NCBI GenBank assembly: GCA_963762565.1
Contig: CAVXLD010000001.1
Coordinates: 198,286 to 262,285, forward strand
DNA length: 64,000 nucleotides
Reading direction: 5' to 3'
From: an uncultured Verrucomicrobiae bacterium
GTDB taxonomy: Bacteria > Verrucomicrobiota > Verrucomicrobiia > Chthoniobacterales > JAFAMB01
This document shows, one piece after another, positions 19,078 through 27,377 of the stretch (within the stretch, counting starts at the first letter, position 1; the number at the start of each line of letters is the position of its first letter). Under the pieces are notes generated by a model, which saw nothing but the letters and a program-made list of their open reading frames with translations, was not told the origin of the DNA and did no database searches. The position numbers and the translations under genes are program-made.

Positions 19078-19722
19078 ATGCCGATCATAAATTACGCGAG
19101 CAAAGAAATTCAGTTCAAGATCGTCTATTACGGGCCGGCCCTGAGCGGCAAAACGACTACCATTGCCTATATCCATTCGAGGTTGCCGGCTGCGTTTCGA
19201 GGAGATTTGGTGTCGTTGGCCACCGCGGCAGACCGCACCCTCTTTTTCGATTTCTTGCCGGTTGAGGCAGTGATCTTGCAAGGCTTCAAAACCAAATTCC
19301 AGCTCTACACCGTTCCGGGGCAGGTGGTGTACAATACAACCCGGCAGTTAGTCTTACGCAGCGTTGACGGCATCGTATTTGTGGCCGATTCGCACTGGGA
19401 CAAGATCCACGAAGATGTGGAGAGTTTCCGAAATCTCGAGGAAAACCTTCGCAAACAGCATCTCTCATTGGACGAGATCCCGTATGTTCTGCAGTACAAC
19501 AAACGTGACTTGCCCGATGCGGCTCCGGTGTCGTACTTAGAATTTTTGCTGAATAACCGGCGCCGACGCGCCCGAAGTTACGAAGCGATCGCAACGAAAG
19601 GACGGAGCGTCTTCGCTGCATTAGATGCCGTGACCCAAAGCGTTCTTAACCGGTTCATTCAAGAGAATCACCTTCTCAGGCCGATGCCGGCCAGAGAGAG
19701 CGCTGGGGCGGGGAGAGTGTGA
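19078..19722 (+). CDS. mglA: MglA-type Ras-like small GTPase
   Basis: KIVYYGPALSGKTTT P-loop, DRTLFFDFLP, LYTVPGQV switch II and YNKRDLP match my recollection of Myxococcus MglA along the whole length. Confidence 0.9.
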   Translation: MPIINYASKEIQFKIVYYGPALSGKTTTIAYIHSRLPAAFRGDLVSLATAADRTLFFDFLPVEAVILQGFKTKFQLYTVPGQVVYNTTRQLVLRSVDGIVFVADSHWDKIHEDVESFRNLEENLRKQHLSLDEIPYVLQYNKRDLPDAAPVSYLEFLLNNRRRRARSYEAIATKGRSVFAALDAVTQSVLNRFIQENHLLRPMPARESAGAGRV

Positions 19723-19947
19723 ATGGTGATTGGTGATTGGTGGGGCGAGGCTCCCGAAAGGCCTTTTAGTCTTATCAAGCGGGTCAGTTCTCACCCGGAG
19801 ATTATGTCCGCTACGCCGATAAACCCGCCGAGCCGTTGGTCCACGCGAACCATGGCTCGGCAGCGTTTCGGCATAGGTCGTATCGTGGTGAGGATCTTCC
19901 CCCTGCCTTGCGATCGTCATCAGGCCTTTCCGGAGCCTCGCCCTACC
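19718..19947. repeat. Family A element, copy A3 with GTGATTG array on the left
   Basis: The array gtgtgaatggtgattggtgattgg contains the mglA stop. TIRs 19739-19758 / 19928-19947. Minimal central hairpin gccgagccgttggt-ccacgcga-accatggctcggc. Confidence 0.9.
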
Positions 19948-19994
19948 AATTACCCGCAGTTGCGCTTCTTGCCACCCTCATATATGTGTCCGAA

Positions 19995-20660
19995 ATGATC
20001 GACTACATGCAAAAGGGTGGGCCGCTGATGTGGCTTATCCTCCTGTGTAGCGCTGTCACGGTGGCGGTCTTCGTCGAGCGGTTGCTTTATTTCCATCGTG
20101 CCAACATCAATCTTGGCGAATTTCTCCAGGGATTGGCAAATCTGGTTCGAAACCGTAATCTGACCGAGGCTCGAATCGAGTGTCAGACCACCTCCGTCCC
20201 AGTAACACGAGTGCTGCATGCTGCATTGTCTCGCCCTCATCTTTCGCGCTCAGAACTCCGCGAGATTGTCGAAGAAGCCGCTCAGATCGAAATGCCTCGT
20301 CTCGAACGCAATCTCGACCTTCTGGTTGGGATTGCTTACGTCTCCCCTTTAATCGGGCTTCTAGGTACGGTGACCGGCTTAATCCAAGCCTTCGTCCAGC
20401 TCTCTGCCAGCAACGGATATGCAACCCTGGCCGATGTCTCGAGCGGGGTTTACCAAAGCCTGCTCACAACGGCCGCCAGCTTGGCCGTCGCGATTCCGAC
20501 CATCTTGGCCTACTGCTTTCTTTCCTCCAGGCTGAACGCGTTGATGCACGAAATGGAAAGGGCCGGGATTGAAATCGTGAATATCCTGACCGACACGGAG
20601 ACGCCTGCATCCATCATCGAGTTCGACCCATCGTCCCAAGCAGCCAGTGAAAAGAGATGA
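19995..20660 (+). CDS. MotA/TolQ/ExbB proton-channel family protein
   Basis: The track ORF starts at 19836, but its first 53 codons read through repeat A3. The ATG at 19995 gives MIDYMQKGGPLMWLILLCS... with three TM helices typical of ExbB/TolQ. Confidence 0.85.
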   Translation: MIDYMQKGGPLMWLILLCSAVTVAVFVERLLYFHRANINLGEFLQGLANLVRNRNLTEARIECQTTSVPVTRVLHAALSRPHLSRSELREIVEEAAQIEMPRLERNLDLLVGIAYVSPLIGLLGTVTGLIQAFVQLSASNGYATLADVSSGVYQSLLTTAASLAVAIPTILAYCFLSSRLNALMHEMERAGIEIVNILTDTETPASIIEFDPSSQAASEKR

Positions 20661-21061
20661 AGCTCGAAAGAGCAGTCCGGCTCAATCCCTACCTTCTGTT
20701 TATCGTTCCTCTGGTAGAAGTCGTTTGTCTGCTGCTGCTATTGTTTGTGGTTAGCTCCACATTCTTAGTACACCCTGGCATCAGCGTAAACCTGCCATTC
20801 TCAAAATTCACCTTAGGTACCGTCGGAAACTCGGTGATCGTCACGGTAACCGCGGGCCCCTTCCCCCGGATCTATTATCGAGATCAAGCCGTAACCTTAG
20901 ACGAGTTACGGACAGCATTCGAAAAAGACCCGGTAACTGATAAGTCAGTCATAATAAGGGCGGATCGGGAGGCGCCTCAAGGCTCTGTGGTTCAAGTTAT
21001 GAATCTCTGTCTGGATCGGGGATACTCGGTGATTCTGGCAACGTCACCCAAATCGCCGTGA
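20657..21061 (+). CDS. ExbD/TolR family biopolymer transport protein
   Basis: 134 aa with a single N-terminal TM plus periplasmic domain. ATGA overlap with the upstream gene. Confidence 0.8.
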   Translation: MKLERAVRLNPYLLFIVPLVEVVCLLLLLFVVSSTFLVHPGISVNLPFSKFTLGTVGNSVIVTVTAGPFPRIYYRDQAVTLDELRTAFEKDPVTDKSVIIRADREAPQGSVVQVMNLCLDRGYSVILATSPKSP

Positions 21062-21783
21062 AGCCAGCGGCGCGCTCCCTGCAAAATTCCATTTTCGATT
21101 GGGATCGCCCGAGATGGAACGGACGGTTGCTGTGGCTAATTGTGTTTTCTTTAGGCCTACACTTCGCGGGACTTTACGTTTTCCATGTTGTTTACCCGTC
21201 AACCACTTCTCTGCCTCCCCCAGCGGCTCAAGTCTCGGTACTGAATCCACAAAACCCACAGGACCGCCGGCTCCTTGATTGGGTGGACCTAAACGATCCG
21301 TCTGCGATTAGCGCCCCCAAAGTAGACGACAGCCTGGTCGCAAAATTAGTCCCGGGTTATCGTCCGACGTTTAGCGACGAGACCCCTGAAATCCGGAAAA
21401 GCCAGGCCGGCGCCCCAGCCCAGGAGGCGGCTACTCCTTCGCTTTTTACTCCCGACAATCTTTTCCCTAGGCAAGTCAGGCCTGCTTCTGTTCAACGGAA
21501 GACCAGTTTCGCAAGCCACCTTGAGTTCGGGCCCGCCTTGGAAAATAGAAAACCGGCCACACCGGAGAGACTCCCGACCAGCCAGCGGCTCTCAGAACCC
21601 ACGACTTTCTTTGTGGGAATCAATAAGAAAGGCGAAGTAAAATACCTTTTTCTATTGCGAACTTCGGGAAATGATCAGCTGGATCATCTTGCCGAAGAGG
21701 CTGTTAAGCAGCTGAGATTTCAGCCCGATAACACCGAGAGCTGGGACACGGTTTCGCTGCAGTGGGGCAGCGGCGGGAAGTGA
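21058..21783 (+). CDS. TonB-like / hypothetical anchored protein
   Basis: GTGA overlap with exbD. N-terminal TM, Pro-rich linker, and a C-terminal ~70 aa (VKYLFLLRTSGNDQLDHLAEEAVKQLRFQP) compatible with a TonB C-terminal fold. Weak assignment. Confidence 0.45.
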   Translation: MKPAARSLQNSIFDWDRPRWNGRLLWLIVFSLGLHFAGLYVFHVVYPSTTSLPPPAAQVSVLNPQNPQDRRLLDWVDLNDPSAISAPKVDDSLVAKLVPGYRPTFSDETPEIRKSQAGAPAQEAATPSLFTPDNLFPRQVRPASVQRKTSFASHLEFGPALENRKPATPERLPTSQRLSEPTTFFVGINKKGEVKYLFLLRTSGNDQLDHLAEEAVKQLRFQPDNTESWDTVSLQWGSGGK

Positions 21784-21990
21784 TTAGTGATTAGTGATTA
21801 GTGATTGGTGATTGGTGGGGCGCTGGGGCGATGAAAAAACGTGTAACATGGACGCGGACTGGCACTAATACACTTATAAGTCCCGTCTTGTCATAAGCCC
21901 CATCGATATCAGCCGCGCACATCCTTGCTCTAAACGCTTTTCCATCAGCCCAGGCACCCACTAATCACCAATCACTAATCACCAATCACC
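21781..21990. repeat. TGATTAG/TGATTGG array-bracketed element (A-related variant)
   Basis: The left 5 heptamers begin with the TGA stop of the tonB-like gene and are followed by tggggcgctggggcg. Right cccactaatcaccaatcactaatcaccaatcacc. The core lacks the canonical A TIR. Confidence 0.8.
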
Positions 21991-22055
21991 TTCCCTGCCC
22001 TATTGACGCACCCGCCCCTCCGCGGGACGATGTTGGTAGCGGCCACAAACTGTCC

Positions 22056-22295
22056 ATGATTCGTATCGAACTCCCAACCCTGATCTTCATCTATCTTTTT
22101 CTTTCTGTGATTGTGATCGGCGGCCTCTGGTTGTTCGATGGTTGGCGGGTCCAAAAACGTAAAAAACAAGCCTTGCGTTACGCGGTCCGGTGCACGATTT
22201 GTGCCTCTATTTTCGAAGATAAGACCAATGAGCTGCTACCTCGTTGCCCACGATGCGGCAGCTTAAATGAGAGAAGAAACTTTGGAGGACTTTGA
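22056..22295 (+). CDS. Small membrane protein with C-terminal zinc ribbon
   Basis: 79 aa. One TM (LIFIYLFLSVIVIGGLWLF) and CxxC...CxxC (CTIC...CPRC). Confidence 0.45.
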   Translation: MIRIELPTLIFIYLFLSVIVIGGLWLFDGWRVQKRKKQALRYAVRCTICASIFEDKTNELLPRCPRCGSLNERRNFGGL

Positions 22296-22299
22296 TCAA

Positions 22300-23484
22300 A
22301 TGTCGATGTTCATCGGCCGAAATCGAAAGGCCCGCGTGACCTACGGTTTCGATGAAATTGCGCTGGTGCCGGGACAAGTCACTATCAACCCTAATGAGGT
22401 GGATATCAGTTTCGAGATCTCTACTCGAACTGGCAACGCCTTGAAGCTGGGCATTCCTATTCTGGCTAGCGCCATGGACGGAGTGGTTGACGTCCGTTTC
22501 GCGGTCGAGATGGGTAAATTAGGAGGCTTAGCGGTTCTCAACCTTGAAGGCGTACAAACCCGTTACAAGAATCCCGAAGAAGTACTCCTTAAAGTATTAG
22601 AGGCGGAAAAAGATCAAGTTACCGCTTTGCTGCAGAAGATTTACCAGGAACCGGTCCAAGAGGACTTGATCGCGGCCCGGATTAAGCAAATGAAGGATGG
22701 TGGAGTCCTGACCGCCGTCAGCTCCATCCCTCAAAAAGCCGAGCGTTACGGGCAAATCGCCCAAGAAGCTGGCGCCGATGTTTTTGTTGTCCAAAGCACA
22801 GTCTCGACAGTTCGACACATCTCTACCGAGTATCGCTCCTTAGATCTGGCTAGATTGTGCAAAGATCTGCGTTGTCCGGTGATCGTCGGCAACACCGTTG
22901 GCTTCGAAGTCACCCTTGAAATTCTGGAGTGCGGCGTGGCAGGAGTCCTGGTTGGCGTGGGACCAGGCGCAGCCTGCACGTCAAGGGGCGTCCTAGGTCT
23001 GGGCGTTCCGCAAGTGACCGCGACCGTGGATTGCGCAGCGGCGCGGGATTACTACCTCAAGAGAAGCGGTCGGTACGTGCCCATTATAACCGATGGCGGG
23101 ATGAGTAAGGGAGGCGATGTCTGCAAGGCTCTGGCTTGTGGCGCCGATGCCGTGATGATCGGAAGCGCATTCGCGAAGGCAGTCGAAGCACCCGGTAAAG
23201 GCTACCATTGGGGCATGGCGACGCCTCACGCCAACCTGCCCCGAGGCACCCGCATCCGGGTGGGAACAACCGGTCCTCTACGGCAAATCCTTTTCGGGCC
23301 GGCCGAGGTTGACGATGGCAGCCAAAACCTAGTGGGCGCTATTACGACTTGCATGGGCAACGTCGGCGCAGCCAGCCTCAGGGAGTTTCAAGAGACCGAG
23401 GTTATTATCGCGCCTTCCATCCGGACAGAGGGAAAATTGTTTCAGCAGGCGCAAATGGTCGGAATGGGATCTCGAAATTCCTAA
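22300..23484 (+). CDS. GuaB3-family IMP dehydrogenase-related protein
   Basis: FIGRNRKARVTYGFDEIALVPG N-terminus. TIM-barrel IMPDH-like without a CBS insert. The ATG at 22300 is preferred. Confidence 0.85.
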   Translation: MSMFIGRNRKARVTYGFDEIALVPGQVTINPNEVDISFEISTRTGNALKLGIPILASAMDGVVDVRFAVEMGKLGGLAVLNLEGVQTRYKNPEEVLLKVLEAEKDQVTALLQKIYQEPVQEDLIAARIKQMKDGGVLTAVSSIPQKAERYGQIAQEAGADVFVVQSTVSTVRHISTEYRSLDLARLCKDLRCPVIVGNTVGFEVTLEILECGVAGVLVGVGPGAACTSRGVLGLGVPQVTATVDCAAARDYYLKRSGRYVPIITDGGMSKGGDVCKALACGADAVMIGSAFAKAVEAPGKGYHWGMATPHANLPRGTRIRVGTTGPLRQILFGPAEVDDGSQNLVGAITTCMGNVGAASLREFQETEVIIAPSIRTEGKLFQQAQMVGMGSRNS

Positions 23485-23532
23485 GAATTCAGTTGCCTAA
23501 TTCCTTAGAGCAAAATACCCCGTTAGCAGTAA

Positions 23533-24780
23533 GTGATGAGCGATAGACGTGTTGTAGTCACCGGGTTGGGTGTTATCACACCAATCGGTAATGACCTTAA
23601 AACCTTTTGGGAGAACCTTGTAGCGGGGAAAAACGGGATCCGTAAGATCTCGCATTTCGACGCCTCCATCTTCGACTGTCACATTGCCGGCGAGGTGCCA
23701 GATTTCGATCCCATTACGTATCTGGCTAATCCTAAGGACGTTCGGCGGACCGACCGTTTTTCCCAATTTGCTCTGGCCTGCTCAAAGCGGGCCCTAGAAG
23801 ACAGTGGTCTCGATCTGGAACGCATCGACCGCACTCGGGTCGGCGTCCTGGTCGGCAGTGGGATCGGCGGCTTGAGCACACTGGAGACCCAACATGTGGT
23901 TTTCTTGAAGAAAGGCCCTTCCAGAGTGTCTCCCTTCATGGTGCCAATGATGATCGTGAACATGGCCAGCGGATTAATCGCGATGGAATACGGCTTTGAA
24001 GGCCCGAATTATTCTATCGTGACCGCTTGTGCCACCTCCGCGAACTCCATTGGCGAAGCTTGGAGGATGATTCGCGATGATGAAGCCGAGATTTTCTTGG
24101 CCGGCGGTACCGAGGCGGTCATCAATAATCTTGGCCTCGGCGGCTTCTGTGCGATGCGGGCGATGAGCACGAGAAACGATGAACCGCACCGGGCATCGCG
24201 CCCATTCGATAGGGAACGAGACGGGTTCGTGATGGGTGAAGGCGGTGGAGTCTTAATTCTCGAGGAGTACGAACACGCAAAGGCTCGAGGGGCACGCATC
24301 TACTGCGAACTCGCTGGTTATGGACTTACCTGCGATGCTTACCACATGACCGCGCCCAAACCCGATGGGACGCCGGTAGCGCGAGGGATGCAAATCGCCG
24401 CGAAGCGGGCCGGCGTTAATCCGACGGATATTGATTACATCAACGCTCACGCCACATCGACACAGGTCGGCGATGTTTGCGAAACGAATGCGATTAAACG
24501 GTTCGCCGGTGATTACGCGAAAAATGGTCTTTTGATTAGCTCAACCAAATCGATGATTGGTCATCTGCTCGGCGGCGCTGGAGCAGTAGAAAGCGCGGTC
24601 TGCATCCTTGCCATGCAACATGGTGTGGTGCCGCCCACGATCAATCTCGACAATCCTGACCCTGAGTGCGACCTCGACTACGTCCCAAATGTCGCACGCG
24701 AGAAAAAAGTACGAGTCGCACTTAATAATTCGTTTGGCTTCGGCGGCCACAACGCATCGCTTTGTTTCAAAGCATTGTAG
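23533..24780 (+). CDS. fabF: 3-oxoacyl-ACP synthase II
   Basis: RRVVVTGLGVITPIG, ACATS active-site Cys, HATST and GHLLGGAG motifs. Confidence 0.95.
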   Translation: MMSDRRVVVTGLGVITPIGNDLKTFWENLVAGKNGIRKISHFDASIFDCHIAGEVPDFDPITYLANPKDVRRTDRFSQFALACSKRALEDSGLDLERIDRTRVGVLVGSGIGGLSTLETQHVVFLKKGPSRVSPFMVPMMIVNMASGLIAMEYGFEGPNYSIVTACATSANSIGEAWRMIRDDEAEIFLAGGTEAVINNLGLGGFCAMRAMSTRNDEPHRASRPFDRERDGFVMGEGGGVLILEEYEHAKARGARIYCELAGYGLTCDAYHMTAPKPDGTPVARGMQIAAKRAGVNPTDIDYINAHATSTQVGDVCETNAIKRFAGDYAKNGLLISSTKSMIGHLLGGAGAVESAVCILAMQHGVVPPTINLDNPDPECDLDYVPNVAREKKVRVALNNSFGFGGHNASLCFKAL

Positions 24781-24939
24781 GGGGCGTTTGGCGTTCGGCG
24801 TTCGGCGTTTGGCGTTCGGCGTTCGGCGTTCCTATGATTCGAAATGATTGCAACACTGCGGATCTGTCGTGGCTCGTGAGCAAGCGACGCGCGTTATTGA
24901 AGCGCCGAACGCCAAACGGTGAACGCCGAACGCCAAACG
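24781..24939. repeat. Array-bracketed element G1 (GGCGTTY arrays)
   Basis: Seven GGCGTTY units (24781-24830) start 1 nt after the fabF stop. A 71-nt core follows. The inverted array gcgccgaacgccaaacggtgaacgccgaacgccaaacg is at 24902-24939. Confidence 0.85.
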
Positions 24940-25800
24940 AGTAAGTACGTCGTTCTTCTGCTCCTGACCGCATTGTTTTGGTCGTTGGGAGGAGTCCTCA
25001 TCAAGTCCATCGATTGGAATCCTGTCGCCATTGCGGGTTCGCGAAGCTTGATCGCCGTCTTCCTAATCGCCATCCTGCGACCGTCCGCCGTCCGTAAATT
25101 TTCCTGGACCGCATTCTTCGGCGGAATCGCCTACATGGTGACAGTTGTGTTGTTCGTGATTGCAACCAAGCTGACAACCGCTGCCAATGCCATTTTTCTC
25201 CAGTACACGGCTCCGATTTATATCGCTCTGATAAGCCCATGGCTTTTGAAGGAACGTGTTCGTCGACTGGACTGGATTCTGATCGGTCTTGCTTTCGGCG
25301 GAATTGCTCTCTTTTTCTGCGACCGGCTCTCCTTTGCCGGAATTTGGGGAGTAATGGCCGCACTTGTCAGCGGCTTCTCCTACGCGTGGCTTACGATGCT
25401 GTTGCGTCGCCAAAAATCGGCATCCCCCGAAGCCACGGTGTTCATAGGCAACTTGATGACTGTGTTAGTGGCGGCTCCGGCGATGTGGCCGCCGGTGAAC
25501 CTGGGCCATAATTGGCCTTGGCTGCTTGCCTTGGGCGTCCTCCAGCTCACGATTCCCTATTTGCTTTATACACAGGCTATCCGGCATGTGCGTGCGCTGG
25601 ATGCATCTATAATCAGCATGATCGAGCCGATCCTTAATCCGATCTGGGTCATGTTTGCCGTGGGCGAACATCCCGCCAGATGGGCAATCGTCGGAGGATG
25701 CATGGTCCTGGGAACCTCTTTGCTACGGAGTATCTTCGCCTCGCGCGAGCCCGAATCCGAATTCGCCTTAGGCTCATCCGGAATGACAAATGACAGATGA
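24919..25800 (+). CDS. DMT (EamA) family transporter
   Basis: About 10 TM helices in two EamA-like halves. The start is uncertain because the first codons lie in the GGCGTTY-type array. The stop and last ~13 codons lie in element F1. Confidence 0.75.
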   Translation: MNAERQTSKYVVLLLLTALFWSLGGVLIKSIDWNPVAIAGSRSLIAVFLIAILRPSAVRKFSWTAFFGGIAYMVTVVLFVIATKLTTAANAIFLQYTAPIYIALISPWLLKERVRRLDWILIGLAFGGIALFFCDRLSFAGIWGVMAALVSGFSYAWLTMLLRRQKSASPEATVFIGNLMTVLVAAPAMWPPVNLGHNWPWLLALGVLQLTIPYLLYTQAIRHVRALDASIISMIEPILNPIWVMFAVGEHPARWAIVGGCMVLGTSLLRSIFASREPESEFALGSSGMTNDR

Positions 25801-25902
25801 AAAATGACAGATTGGGAAATCCTTCGGTCACACGCGTTCTATTTCGGACATTTGTCATCTGTCATTTGTCATTTGTCATTCGAAACGAGCCTCAGGCGAG
25901 TT
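25760..25902. repeat. Family F element, copy F1 (143 nt)
   Basis: aattcgccttaggctcatccggaATGACAAATGACAGATGAAAAATGACAG, core attgggaaatccttcggtcacacgcgttctatttcggac, then the inverted TGTCATY array and cgaaacgagcctcaggcgagtt. Confidence 0.9.
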
Positions 25903-26329
25903 TCGCCGTGTACGTATTCGCAGTGCCAGACAGACACACGACTCCATCCTGATTGCGCACAGTGGTGGCAAGCGTGCAGATCGGTTTGTCGTCACGAACA
26001 GTTGTGACTTCAACCCTGCCGGTAATCACATCTCCGACGTAGACTGCTTTAACAAACTTCCATTCTACCCCGAGAAACACCGTGCCGGGGCCAGGGAGAT
26101 CTTCGGCCACGATCGCGTTCAAAATTCCGGAAGTGATGCCTCCCTGAACGATCAATCCGCCAAACACTGATCTCCCAGCAACTTCGCGGTCATAATGTAA
26201 CGGATTCCGGTCGCCGGTGATCTCTGTAAATAGCGCGATGTCGCGCTCGCTGACTGTTCGGGATCGCTCTGCCGAATCGCCAACTCTCGGTTTCCCACGA
26301 ATTGTTCCCGCCCAACCGTCACTCTTCAT
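25892..26329 (-). CDS. MaoC-family (R)-specific enoyl-CoA hydratase/dehydratase
   Basis: 145 aa hot-dog fold. ITGDRNPLHYD motif. Confidence 0.85.
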   Translation of the reverse strand: MKSDGWAGTIRGKPRVGDSAERSRTVSERDIALFTEITGDRNPLHYDREVAGRSVFGGLIVQGGITSGILNAIVAEDLPGPGTVFLGVEWKFVKAVYVGDVITGRVEVTTVRDDKPICTLATTVRNQDGVVCLSGTANTYTAKLA

Positions 26330-26343
26330 GATGTGACCTCCGG

Positions 26344-26486
26344 ACTCGCCTTAGGCTCGTCCGCAATGACAAATGACAAATAACAGATGACAGATTGGGA
26401 ATTCCTTCGGTCACACGCATTTCTATTTCGGAGATTTGTCATTTGTAATTTGTCATCTGCCATTCCGAACGAGCCTCAGGCGAGTT
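26344..26486. repeat. Family F element, copy F2 (143 nt)
   Basis: Same layout as F1. Core attgggaattccttcggtcacacgcatttctatttcggag. The right end ccgaacgagcctcaggcgagtt supplies the stop of the ABC ATPase gene. Confidence 0.9.
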
Positions 26487-27231
26487 CGGCTTCTGTGAGC
26501 GCTGCTAACACCCGTTCCTTCCAAGCCGTGAAGGCATGATCCTGTCGAGAACGAGGCCGAGGAAGATCGATCCGAAATTGGCGATGAATTTGTCCGGGGC
26601 GTCCCTTGATCACAACGATGCTGTCGGATAATGCGACCGCTTCTTCAATATCGTGCGTCACGAAAAACATGGTCAACGAATGCCTCGCAAAAAGCTCCAT
26701 CAAATGGTCTTGCAGCCGGCTTCGGGTGAGAGCATCGAGGGCGCTAAACGGCTCGTCCAGCAATAGAAGAGATGGTTTTCGCACTAAGGCTCTGGCTATC
26801 GCCACCCTTTGAGCCATCCCTCCCGACAATTGGCGCGGGTAATAATGGGAGAAGGATTCTAAACCAACTTGCTCCAGAATTTCCTTCGCCAACGCTCCGA
26901 TCCGGCTATGCCCGGCCGGGCCGAACCCGAATTCCACATTTTGGCGAACGGTCAGCCACGGCATGAGTCGGGGCTCTTGAAACACGACGCCTAGGTTGGG
27001 GCGTTCGGCATTTGGCGTTTGGCGTTCGGCGTTCGGCGCACGATCGCTATCCCAGCGGATTTCTCCGGAGGTCGGGCGCTCAAGTCCAGCTAGAATCCGC
27101 AACAGCGTGCTTTTGCCCGAGCCGGTCGTACCCACCATCACCGTGACTTGTTGCGGCTCGATCGAAAGCTCAAGATTAGCAATCACCAAAGCGTCACCGT
27201 AAGCCTTCGTTATCTGATCGATTCTTACCAT
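26476..27231 (-). CDS. ABC transporter ATP-binding protein, NitT/TauT (SsuB/TauB-like) family
   Basis: Walker A GTTGSGKST, signature LSGGMAQR, Walker B LLLLDEP. The true start is probably MVRIDQI at 27231, since the track start at 27330 reads through element F3. It contains an in-frame heptamer-array insertion. Confidence 0.9.
   Translation of the reverse strand: MVRIDQITKAYGDALVIANLELSIEPQQVTVMVGTTGSGKSTLLRILAGLERPTSGEIRWDSDRAPNAERQTPNAERPNLGVVFQEPRLMPWLTVRQNVEFGFGPAGHSRIGALAKEILEQVGLESFSHYYPRQLSGGMAQRVAIARALVRKPSLLLLDEPFSALDALTRSRLQDHLMELFARHSLTMFFVTHDIEEAVALSDSIVVIKGRPGQIHRQFRIDLPRPRSRQDHAFTAWKERVLAALTEAELA
26994..27042. repeat. GGCGTTY heptamer array inside the ABC ATPase coding sequence
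   Basis: ggttggggcgttcggcatttggcgtttggcgttcggcgttcggcgcacg. Translated on the minus strand it gives APNAERQTPNAERPN, between the Walker A region and the VVFQEPRLMPW Q-loop. Confidence 0.85.
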
Positions 27232-27243
27232 TGAACTCGCTGA

Positions 27244-27377
27244 GGCTCCTTCAAGATGACAATGACAGATGACAGATGACAAATGTCCGAAATAGACCGC
27301 GCGTGACCGAAGGATCTCCCAATCTGTCATCTGTCATTTGTCATTCCGAACGAGCCTCAGGCGAGTTCGGCTGATAG
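27244..27377. repeat. Family F element, copy F3 (core inverted relative to F1/F2)
   Basis: aactcgctgaggctccttcaagATGACAATGACAGATGACAGATGACAA, core atgtccgaaatagaccgcgcgtgaccgaaggatctcccaatc, then TGTCATCTGTCATTTGTCATtccgaacgagcctcaggcgagtt. Confidence 0.9.

Noticed and set aside
24781-24939. Could the regularly repeated short units (here and at 21781-21815, 25783-25880, 4345-4477) be CRISPR arrays?
   Set aside because: The units are 7-9 nt and directly abut each other with no spacers. CRISPR repeats are about 23-48 nt and are separated by unique spacers of similar size. No cas genes are present in the window.
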